Shown here in pieces: positions 56,686 to 64,000 of a stretch of 64,000 nucleotides of DNA (within the stretch, counting starts at the first letter, position 1; every line of letters begins with the position of its first letter). The stretch is from an uncultured Oscillospiraceae bacterium. GTDB taxonomy: Bacteria > Bacillota > Clostridia > Oscillospirales > QAMX01. The translations under genes and the position numbers were made by a program. The notes beneath the pieces are model-generated. The model was not told where the DNA came from, did no database searches, and saw nothing but the letters and a program-made list of their open reading frames with translations. The DNA lies in the NCBI GenBank assembly GCA_964448855.1, contig CAYUXI010000007.1:24221-88220 (forward strand), read 5' to 3'.

Positions 56686-59550
56686 ATGATCAAAACGGTA
56701 CTTCACAGGCTGAACAGCAACCGCTGGAAGGTGTTGTCTCTGCTGGTTGGCCTGATTCTGGCGATTTCCATCGCCTTTTGTATCCCTGTCTATTCGGATG
56801 CCATTCTTCAGCGCATTCTGATCAAAACGCTGGAGGAGGTTCAGCAGAATACGGGGAAATATCCGGCACTCCTGAGCTATGACTATCGAATGGCCGGCGT
56901 CAAAAAAGATGCCGTTTCGATTGAAGCGACGATTGATGACGTGATGAATGAGCTGCATGAGTCCCTGCCGATGTCTACACTGACGCGGGGAAAAATGCTG
57001 AAGTATGAAATGTTCCGGCGCACCGTGCCAGAAACCGGAAAAACGGAAAATCTGGTTCTGACCTACCTGGAAGATTTCGAAGATCATGTGCATCTCGTCA
57101 GCGGCCGTATGTTCAACCCTGACCGATCAGACGGCGTCGTCGAGGTGGTCGCGAGCAACCGCGTCATGGTGAAAACCCTGCTGACAATGAACAACGTCTA
57201 CGAGTACAACAGTATGTACACCGACGAAAACGAGTCCATCCGGGTGGAAATTGTCGGCGTGGTCGAACCGAATGACGCATCCGAGCTGTACTGGCTGACG
57301 CCGTTCGATGACATCACTGGCGGCCTGTTTACCGGGCGGGAAGTGTTTGACCAGAAAATCGCCGCCAATCCGAACTACGCACGCCATGTCACACAGTTTA
57401 CCAACTTTGAAGCGTTCGACTATTATGACCTGAAAACCGACACGGTCGAGGATGTCTCCCGCCTCTTTTACAAGGCCGAAGAACGCCTGAACGCATCCTT
57501 CCCCAAAGACCAGCTGTCGCTGGGAATGCTGACAGCCGTCGATCAATTCGTCGAGGAATCCGCGGTGGTGGAGGTCAGTATGTATATTCTGACCATCCCG
57601 ATTTTTATCCTGCTGGCCTTCTATATTATTATGGTGTCGCGCCTGAAGCTGCAAAGTGAGCAGAACGAGATCTCCGTCATGCAGAGCCGTGGGGCGGGGC
57701 GGGGCTATATTTTGAGCCTGTACCTGATCGAATGCCTGATGCTGATGGCCTGTGCCGTGTTGATTGGCCCGATGCTGGGGTTGTTTCTCTGTAAAATCAT
57801 CGGCGCATCCAACGGCTTTATGGAATTTGTCAACCGGAAAGCGCTGGACTACCGGGTGGTGCCTACCGCATTGTTCACCGTGGCCGGGGCGGCACTCCTG
57901 TTCATCCTGATCACCATGGTTCCGGCGTTTTTTGGCGCAGGCGTCAATATCCTGGAAAGCAAGCGCGGGAAAAAGAAGAAGACCATTCCGTTTTATCACA
58001 AATATTTCCTGGATATCCTCTTCCTTGCAGTCGGTATGTACGGATACTATACCATGGAAACACAGCGTCAGCTGATGGTGTCTATGCTGGCAGAGGGGAC
58101 GGTCGGTACCCGTACCACCGACGTGCTGACCTACCTGTCCAGCACACTGTTTGCGCTGGGCGCAGGGATGCTCTTCCTCCGGATTTATCCGCTGCTGGTG
58201 CGGCTGATTTTCCGGATCGGCCGCCGCATCTGGCCGGCATGGGCTTATTCCTCCATCAACCGCGTCGCCCGCAACCGCGACTGCTCCTACATCATGCTGT
58301 TCCTGATTGCCACAATGTCTGTCGGCATTTTCAGCACGGATGCCGCGCAATCCATCAACAGCCACATCGAAAACAATGCCCGAACGACCATCGGCGCGGA
58401 CATTGACTATATGCCGGTCTGGAAAAAATACGACAACAACGGCAATGAGATCAAAATGGAAGCCGACAATAACGGCAATATCATCAAAATCTATGATGAG
58501 GGCGTCCTGGTTCAGAGCATCCGTGTCACCTACCCGGAGCTGCTCAGCTCGTCCTTCCAGGAGCTCGATGGCGTTGAGGCGGTTTCCAGAGTCTATCGGG
58601 AATCCGGTGTCACCGTTCGCGGCAATCAAGCCAATCAGGATGATGTTGACGTTATGTACATCGATCCGTATGATTTCGGCACGGTCGCATTCTCCGTCCC
58701 GAACATGAATGACTACCATCTGAATGCCTACCTGAACGTTTTGATGCAGAACGAAGATGTTCTGATTCTTTCCAATAACCTGATGAAAAGTTTGGAACTG
58801 GAACCCGGCGATTCGATCACCGTTTCCAACGCCGCCGGCAGCCTCAAAGGCACGGTGCTGGCCGGTGTCGATGCCTGGCCCGGCTTTGACAAATATCAGG
58901 AATCCGAGAAAGGCCGCGTCACCGAGACGTATTTTGTGGTCGGCAATCTGTCGTATCTGCTCCGGGACAATGAAATTCGTCCCTACGGTTTCTGGATCAA
59001 ACGCGCAGACGGCGTGACGGATGCCCAGCTCTACCAGACACTTGCCGAAAGCGAATTTGGCATCAAAACCATCGAAAGCGCCACACAGGCCGTCATTGAA
59101 GAGAAAAACAGCCCGACGCTTCAGGGAACGAACGGCTTGCTGACGGTTTCCTTCCTGACGTCGCTCCTCATCTGCGCACTCGGATTTATGATCTACTGGA
59201 TCATCTCGATCAAGTCCCGGACGCTGCAGTTCGGCATTTCCCGCGCACTCGGCCTGTCCAAGGCCGGTGTCATGAAGATGCTGATCTGTGAACAGCTGCT
59301 GGTTTCCGGTGTTGCAGCGGGCATGGGCATTTTGATCGGCAAAATCGGCAGTACCCTGTACGTGCCGATGCTGGCCATCAACTATACATCGGCAGAGGAC
59401 GTGATTCCGTTCCGCGTCATTGCAACACGTGGTGACCTCCTGCGGATTGGGGCCATTTTGGGCGGAATGCTGCTGATCTGCATCGTCATTTTGTCGGTCA
59501 TGGTCATTCATCAGAAAATTGACCGTGCGGTCAAAATGGGCGAAGAATAG
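56686..59550 (+). CDS. ABC transporter permease with two tandem FtsX domains (MacB/BceB-like architecture), 955 aa.
   Basis: Two copies of the FtsX 4-TM module, each preceded by a large extracytoplasmic domain. Confidence 0.75.
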   Translation: MIKTVLHRLNSNRWKVLSLLVGLILAISIAFCIPVYSDAILQRILIKTLEEVQQNTGKYPALLSYDYRMAGVKKDAVSIEATIDDVMNELHESLPMSTLTRGKMLKYEMFRRTVPETGKTENLVLTYLEDFEDHVHLVSGRMFNPDRSDGVVEVVASNRVMVKTLLTMNNVYEYNSMYTDENESIRVEIVGVVEPNDASELYWLTPFDDITGGLFTGREVFDQKIAANPNYARHVTQFTNFEAFDYYDLKTDTVEDVSRLFYKAEERLNASFPKDQLSLGMLTAVDQFVEESAVVEVSMYILTIPIFILLAFYIIMVSRLKLQSEQNEISVMQSRGAGRGYILSLYLIECLMLMACAVLIGPMLGLFLCKIIGASNGFMEFVNRKALDYRVVPTALFTVAGAALLFILITMVPAFFGAGVNILESKRGKKKKTIPFYHKYFLDILFLAVGMYGYYTMETQRQLMVSMLAEGTVGTRTTDVLTYLSSTLFALGAGMLFLRIYPLLVRLIFRIGRRIWPAWAYSSINRVARNRDCSYIMLFLIATMSVGIFSTDAAQSINSHIENNARTTIGADIDYMPVWKKYDNNGNEIKMEADNNGNIIKIYDEGVLVQSIRVTYPELLSSSFQELDGVEAVSRVYRESGVTVRGNQANQDDVDVMYIDPYDFGTVAFSVPNMNDYHLNAYLNVLMQNEDVLILSNNLMKSLELEPGDSITVSNAAGSLKGTVLAGVDAWPGFDKYQESEKGRVTETYFVVGNLSYLLRDNEIRPYGFWIKRADGVTDAQLYQTLAESEFGIKTIESATQAVIEEKNSPTLQGTNGLLTVSFLTSLLICALGFMIYWIISIKSRTLQFGISRALGLSKAGVMKMLICEQLLVSGVAAGMGILIGKIGSTLYVPMLAINYTSAEDVIPFRVIATRGDLLRIGAILGGMLLICIVILSVMVIHQKIDRAVKMGEE

Positions 59551-59566
59551 GGAGGTGCGAATCGAT

Positions 59567-60256
59567 ATGGAACATACCATACTGATGCGCGGCGAGCATC
59601 TCACACGGGTCTATCACACGGGCGCTGGCTCGTTCTATGCGCTGAAGGATGTCAATCTGGAAATTCAAAAGGGCGCATTGACGGTTCTGCGCGGCCGGTC
59701 GGGCTCCGGCAAAACCACCTTGCTGAATATTCTGAGCGGCTTGGATACGCCGACAGAGGGTCAGGTGTTTTTTGAAGACAAAAACATCTCCACGATGGCC
59801 AACGGAAAACGCGATCGCCTGCGCGCCAAAAAGATGGGCTTCGTTTTTCAGGCGGTTGCTCTGATGCCAGACATGAACGCCGTTGAAAATGTAGAATATG
59901 GCCTGAGGATTGCCGGAAAATTCAACCGCGAAAGCCGCCAAAACGCAGAGGAATGCCTCCGCATGGTCGGCCTGGGCAAACGGATGAACCACCTGGCACA
60001 GGAGCTCTCCGGCGGGGAACAGCAGCGCGTCGCCATTGCGAGGAGCATTGCCCATTCGCCGGAGCTGATCTTCGCCGATGAGCCGACCGCAGCACTCGAT
60101 ACGGCCATGGGCATTCAGGTGGTGGACATCTTCAAACGCCTGATTCAGGAACGCGGAATGACAATTGTCATGACGACACATGATCCGAATATGCTCGAGC
60201 TGGCGGACTGTGTCTATACACTGTCGGATGGGGTGATTGTAGATGGCAATGATTGA
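59567..60256 (+). CDS. ABC transporter ATP-binding protein (MacB/LolD-type ATPase).
   Basis: Motifs [36 protein letters not shown] and TTHD. Confidence 0.85.
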   Translation: MEHTILMRGEHLTRVYHTGAGSFYALKDVNLEIQKGALTVLRGRSGSGKTTLLNILSGLDTPTEGQVFFEDKNISTMANGKRDRLRAKKMGFVFQAVALMPDMNAVENVEYGLRIAGKFNRESRQNAEECLRMVGLGKRMNHLAQELSGGEQQRVAIARSIAHSPELIFADEPTAALDTAMGIQVVDIFKRLIQERGMTIVMTTHDPNMLELADCVYTLSDGVIVDGND

Positions 60257-61127
60257 GTGCGAAAACCTGGTCAAAATCTATAAAACCGATGAAATCGAAG
60301 TCATGGCGCTGCAGGGACTGGATTTGACCGTGGAGGAAGGCGAGCTCATGGCCATCATGGGCAAAAGCGGCAGCGGCAAATCGACGCTGCTGAATATGCT
60401 GGGCGGATTGGATACCCCGTCCGCCGGCCGCCTGACGGTCAACGGGCACAATATGCTCCGCATGAAAAAAAGAGAAATGACCGACTACAAACGCAACGAA
60501 GTCGGCTTTGTTTGGCAGAACAATGCCCGCAATATGCTCCCGTTTTTGAGCGCCTATGACAATGTCCTGCAGCCCATGATCTATGCGGGCAAGCGCAGTG
60601 GCCGTGAACGGCGCAAACGGGCAGAAATGCTGCTGGAGCTGGTTGGCCTGAAAAATCGCATGAAAAATAAGGTCGATCAGCTTTCCGGCGGGGAACAGCA
60701 GCGCGTGGCCATTGCAATCGCCATGGCAAACGAACCGGCTCTGCTGCTGGCGGATGAACCGACCGGCGCTGTGGATACCAAAACCGCCGATCAGATTCTG
60801 GATATTTTCCGCGCCCTCAATGACGCCCTGAACCAGACGATCGTCATCGTGACGCACGACTACCGAATGTCGGAAAAGGTCGGACGTGTCGTCAACATCC
60901 GGGACGGCAAAACGAGCAGCGAGATCATCCGCACCATCAGCTACGCCGACGAACTGAAGCAGATGCACCTGCATGAAGCGGAGGTCGTCCGCACCGAGTG
61001 GCTCACGCTGGACCGTGCCGGTCGGCTGCAATTGCCGCAAGCCTATGTGGATGAGCTGAAAATCGCAACACCCGGCAAAATCATTGCCGAGCGCGACGGC
61101 GAGAAGCTGATTCTCCGGAAAGAATAA
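60243..61127 (+). CDS. Second ABC transporter ATP-binding protein, with a C-terminal extension of about 70 aa.
   Basis: Motifs [36 protein letters not shown] and VTHD. The start overlaps the preceding ATPase gene by 14 bp. Confidence 0.85.
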   Translation: MAMIECENLVKIYKTDEIEVMALQGLDLTVEEGELMAIMGKSGSGKSTLLNMLGGLDTPSAGRLTVNGHNMLRMKKREMTDYKRNEVGFVWQNNARNMLPFLSAYDNVLQPMIYAGKRSGRERRKRAEMLLELVGLKNRMKNKVDQLSGGEQQRVAIAIAMANEPALLLADEPTGAVDTKTADQILDIFRALNDALNQTIVIVTHDYRMSEKVGRVVNIRDGKTSSEIIRTISYADELKQMHLHEAEVVRTEWLTLDRAGRLQLPQAYVDELKIATPGKIIAERDGEKLILRKE

Positions 61128-61151
61128 CACGCACCTGCGCAACCATCCAAA

Positions 61152-61195
61152 CAGCCCCTGAAGGCTTTGAAAACCTTCAGGGGCTGTGTTTTGTT
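61152..61195. terminator. Rho-independent terminator (13 bp stem) between the ABC operon and the convergent dehydrogenase gene.
   Basis: CAGCCCCTGAAGG ... CCTTCAGGGGCTG followed by TGTTTTGTT. Confidence 0.7.
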
Positions 61196-61243
61196 GGGTA
61201 GGGAAGTGCTGCAATCAACATGGCGGGCTGAATGCGCATGACA

Positions 61244-62215
61244 TCATGACAGCCAGGCGGCGTTCACCAGATGAATGGGCTGACCGGCCAGGTAGGCGCG
61301 GACATTTTCAGCCGTTGTGGCCATCAGACGCTGCCGCGCCTCAAAGGTGGCCCAAGCGATGTGCGGTGTGAAAAGGGTATTTTTGGCCGACAACAGCGGA
61401 TTGGAACGCTCCGGCGGCTCCGAGGACAGGACATCCAGCGCGGCTCCGGCAAGCGCACCGCTATTCAACGCGTCGGCGAGTGCCTGCTCATCGATGAGCC
61501 CGCCGCGTGCTGTGTTGATCAGATACGCCGACGGCTTCATCCGGCGCAACGCGTCTGCGTTGATCATGCCCAGATTGTCGGCTTTCTGCGGACAGTGCAG
61601 CGTGATGAAATCAGCCTGCGCATATAGCTCGTCGAGCGAAACGAACGCGAAATCGGGCAGCTGCGGTGCGGAACGCGCTGAAGGGTTGTAGGCGCGAATT
61701 TTCATCCCGAATGCACTGCCAATCACGGCAACCTGCTGCCCAATGGCGCCAAAACCGACAATGCCGAGCGTTTTCCCGGCCAGCTCCGTCAACGGCTGAA
61801 CCCAATGCGAATAATCCGGAGCAGCGCACCAGTTGCCGTCGTGTACCCAATGACTGTGCTGTGCAACGCCGTGACAGAGCTCCAATATGAGCGCAAACGT
61901 CAGCTGAGCCACCGACATTGTGCTGTAGGTCGGCACGTTGGAAACCGGAATGCGAAGCGCGGCTGCCGCCTCGATATCGACAATGTTGTACCCGGTCGCC
62001 AGCACCGAAATGAATTTCAGATTCGGCAGCTGCTGAAGCATTTCACCCGTCAGAACGGTTTTATTGGTCAACAGGATCTCCGCTCCTTCGGCACGCTTCA
62101 GGACATCCTCTGGAGCCGTCCGATCATACACTGTGAGCGAACCCAGCTGCGCCAGCTCATCCCACGAAAGATCGCCCGGATTCAAAGCGTATCCGTCTAA
62201 AACCACCATTTTCAT
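61244..62215 (-). CDS. D-isomer-specific 2-hydroxyacid dehydrogenase family protein (glycerate / hydroxypyruvate reductase-like).
   Basis: NAD-binding GIVGFGAIGQQVA and the catalytic region; 323 aa; AAAGGA RBS. Confidence 0.8.
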   Translation of the reverse strand: MKMVVLDGYALNPGDLSWDELAQLGSLTVYDRTAPEDVLKRAEGAEILLTNKTVLTGEMLQQLPNLKFISVLATGYNIVDIEAAAALRIPVSNVPTYSTMSVAQLTFALILELCHGVAQHSHWVHDGNWCAAPDYSHWVQPLTELAGKTLGIVGFGAIGQQVAVIGSAFGMKIRAYNPSARSAPQLPDFAFVSLDELYAQADFITLHCPQKADNLGMINADALRRMKPSAYLINTARGGLIDEQALADALNSGALAGAALDVLSSEPPERSNPLLSAKNTLFTPHIAWATFEARQRLMATTAENVRAYLAGQPIHLVNAAWLS

Positions 62216-62278
62216 GTTTGATTCCGTCCTTTCTGTTGAAACCGTGGAGAGGCAAAGTCGTTCGAAACCGCCGATCCT

Positions 62279-63685
62279 TTACCACAGCGTGTCTACCTGA
62301 ACCTTGCTCCATCCGGCCTTTGTATAATCGCCGTGAACCGGCATCACCTTGCGGAGCAGCGCAGCGGATTGCGTCAAAAACGGCAGCATATCGTGAATCT
62401 CGCGGGCTTCAAAACCGGCCACGGCGGCCGCTGCCACATACGGCATCCCGCTGGACAGCGTGTGCCACGTGGTGTGCAGCATCCCCATCAGCGACTGCTC
62501 CACAACGGTGGCGCGCACCGCGTTCATCTGTCCAACACCGCGATCCCATGGACAGAGCAGACAGTCAAAACCGGCCTGCTGGAACACAGCAGCCGTCTCG
62601 ACCGGGGCGTGCGCGGCGTCGTATTGCCAGTCTGCAAGGATCACATCCCGGCTCAAACGCGCCAGCATCAACTGCTCGGCTTCCGGGGAGGGCGCATTGC
62701 AGGTGTACCAGTTCTTTGTGTTGTAGTGCGCATGGCGGTACAAGAACATATCGCCCCACACAAGAGCCCTGCGGTTCTGCGCAGACAGGTCGGCGCTGAT
62801 CTCGTTGATAAAATCGCATACCAGCTCCATGTTTTCCTGTGTGAATTCGAAATTGTAGGCTTCGTCACAGCCAATGTGAAAATAATGGCCACTCCCGCAG
62901 AGCTCGATCAACTCGCTGCGAATCCGGCGCAGAAGCTGCCGAACCTTCGGCTTGCGAATGTCCCAGCACCAGCCGTCATCGCTGAAATAGGTCTGCAGGG
63001 TGGGGTTCTGATCGAGCACGACGTGCTTTCCATGCATCACTCGCCCGGAGGAGGCGTGTCCCCAGTGATTCCACATGGGGATGATCTCCAGCCCGGAATC
63101 GCTCGCCTCCTGGAGAATCGGGCGCAGCTGCTGACGGGTGAACGCGTGCGGCCATGCAAGCTCCCGCATACAGTCCAGCTGAACCATGCCCCAGAATTCC
63201 AAAACCACATGGGTGTATCGCAGCGCAGCGCAAAAGCGGAGAAATTTCTGTAGCTCCCAAAGCTCTGTCTCCGGAAAAACGCAGAAATGCACCATCCGGT
63301 TCCGAATGACCGCCTTGTCCCAAATCTGACAGCAGTCGAGCTGAACCGCGGAACCGCCGTCCTGATCGATGGCCTGAAACCGGTCAATCAGCGTCAGAAA
63401 CCCGGACAACAGGTTCTGCTCGGTTTCCGCATGGATGCATAAACCGCCCGGCTCGATGCAAATGCTGAAATCCGCATCGTTCAGAGGGAGCGGCTGTGCA
63501 GAACCGATGACAAAGGTGCAGTCCGGACACTCCGAAAGGCGCAGCGTGGACGCCTGAAAGGTGAAATTGTGCCAGAACTCCCGAAAGATGTCCTGATGCA
63601 GACAGGATGGAGCCTTGGCATGGACGTCGCCGGAAAGAATCAGATGGCCTGCCTGAGCCGTCAAATGCTGTGGATGAAAGAGCAT
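62279..63685 (-). CDS. Glycoside hydrolase family 20-like protein (beta-N-acetylhexosaminidase-like catalytic core).
   Basis: HIGCDEA resembles the GH20 H-x-GGDE catalytic motif. Start chosen at MLFHPQ after a GGGAGG RBS. Confidence 0.5.
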   Translation of the reverse strand: MLFHPQHLTAQAGHLILSGDVHAKAPSCLHQDIFREFWHNFTFQASTLRLSECPDCTFVIGSAQPLPLNDADFSICIEPGGLCIHAETEQNLLSGFLTLIDRFQAIDQDGGSAVQLDCCQIWDKAVIRNRMVHFCVFPETELWELQKFLRFCAALRYTHVVLEFWGMVQLDCMRELAWPHAFTRQQLRPILQEASDSGLEIIPMWNHWGHASSGRVMHGKHVVLDQNPTLQTYFSDDGWCWDIRKPKVRQLLRRIRSELIELCGSGHYFHIGCDEAYNFEFTQENMELVCDFINEISADLSAQNRRALVWGDMFLYRHAHYNTKNWYTCNAPSPEAEQLMLARLSRDVILADWQYDAAHAPVETAAVFQQAGFDCLLCPWDRGVGQMNAVRATVVEQSLMGMLHTTWHTLSSGMPYVAAAAVAGFEAREIHDMLPFLTQSAALLRKVMPVHGDYTKAGWSKVQVDTLW

Positions 63686-63760
63686 TTCAAAAACCTCCCA
63701 CCTGTGCAAACGGCCACGAAAAACCGCCGCACCCGTACCTGATCAAAAATCGACTGGAAA

Positions 63761-63798
63761 AAGAAAAATCCCAGAAGTTCAACTTCTGGGATTTTTTC
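63761..63798. terminator. Bidirectional terminator hairpin just 3' of the tRNA-Gln.
   Basis: CCCAGAAGTT-ca-AACTTCTGGG stem flanked by an A-run and a T-run. Confidence 0.55.
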
Positions 63799-63872
63799 TG
63801 GCTGCGGAACTAGGATTTGAACCCAGACAAACAGAGTCAGAGTCTGTCGTGCTACCCTTACACAATTCCGCA
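63799..63872 (-). tRNA. tRNA-Gln, anticodon CUG, with an encoded CCA end.
   Basis: Hand-folded: acceptor stem UGCGGAA / UUCCGCA (U1:A72, typical of bacterial tRNA-Gln), anticodon arm ACAGA-CUCUGAC-UCUGU, T-loop GGTTCAAATCC, 3' GCCA. Confidence 0.85.
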
Positions 63873-63885
63873 TCGAACGAGATAT

Positions 63886-63914
63886 ATTATAGCAGAGACG
63901 ATTGCGTTTGTCAA
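63886..63914 (-). promoter_or_regulatory. Perfect consensus sigma-A promoter for tRNA-Gln (-35 TTGACA, 17 bp spacer, -10 TATAAT).
   Basis: Read on the minus strand; the -10 ends about 14 nt upstream of the mature tRNA 5' end. Confidence 0.6.
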
Positions 63915-63933
63915 GAGGGAAACGCAAATTTTT

Positions 63934-63973
63934 CCAAAAAAAATTCCGGGCGGGATTCGCAAATCCCGCCCGG
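63934..63973 (-). terminator. Rho-independent terminator for a minus-strand gene whose last codons (...IILF, stop at 63985-63987) are just inside the window end.
   Basis: CCGGGCGGGATT-cgcaa-AATCCCGCCCGG stem, followed on the minus strand by an 8-nt U-run. Confidence 0.55.
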
Positions 63974-64000
63974 AAAGTGGTGCATCAGAAGAGAATGATA

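Noticed and set aside
1-64000. Scan for CRISPR arrays, IS elements, integrases, phage genes and toxin-antitoxin pairs.
   Set aside because: No spaced direct-repeat arrays and no transposase, integrase or phage-like ORFs were seen. GC content and codon usage look uniform, so the whole window appears to be core chromosome.
63985-64000. Minus-strand gene ending at the window edge (last codons ...IILF, stop at 63985-63987).
   Set aside because: Only four codons are visible, which is too little to call a product. Its terminator is recorded as a feature.

Overview
The window is a 64 kb chromosomal segment from a high-GC (about 58-60%) spore-forming Firmicute, most likely a Clostridia / Oscillospiraceae-type gut anaerobe. 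It is densely coding on both strands. I found no CRISPR array, transposase, integrase or other mobile element. In order, the recognisable content is:

- **Sporulation block:** a partial lipoprotein, a YlbJ-like membrane protein, a SipL/SpoVID-like DUF3794-LysM protein and spoIVA.
- **[FeFe]-hydrogenase operon:** six genes of the HndABCD/HydABC electron-bifurcating type (DRTGG protein, NuoE-like, histidine-kinase-like ATPase, 2Fe-2S ferredoxin, NuoF-like, HydA), with its own consensus promoter.
- **Housekeeping and transport genes:** LOG-family, feoA-feoB plus a Cys-rich FeoB-associated peptide, pepC, a Val T-box leader with valS, a GH38 alpha-mannosidase, Smr, galK, prfA, tsaC/sua5, coaE, an M18 aminopeptidase, fba, a GT4 glycosyltransferase, rodA/ftsW-family, ilvE, a PfoR-like EIIC protein and rpsT.
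- **Sulfatase locus:** an AraC regulator, a Cys-type sulfatase, a sugar ABC transporter and a metallophosphoesterase.
- **TetR-regulated ABC-2 operon:** its ATPase gene is frameshifted and carries a degenerate Walker B motif.
- **Minus-strand gene run:** flotillin, NfeD and a DUF1836 protein, then a HAD-IIA phosphatase / sn-glycerol-1-phosphate dehydrogenase pair (araL/araM-like) next to a heterodimeric ABC exporter and a histidine phosphatase.
- **Window end:** a DUF1540 Cys-rich protein, an MFP / tandem-FtsX permease / two-ATPase efflux operon, a D-2-hydroxyacid dehydrogenase, a GH20-like hydrolase and a tRNA-Gln(CUG) with a perfect sigma-A promoter.

Observations worth a second look:

- HydA has a non-canonical L1 motif (TSCSPGW instead of TSCCPxW), which places Ser at the H-cluster ligand position.
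- An A/T-rich, palindrome-rich stretch sits inside the 3' end of the DRTGG ORF.
- A TGGCAAA-type palindromic motif recurs around the DUF1540 / FtsX operon promoters.
- The ABC ATPase in the TetR operon is decaying.

Every family assignment is read from motifs in the translated ORFs. No database search was run.
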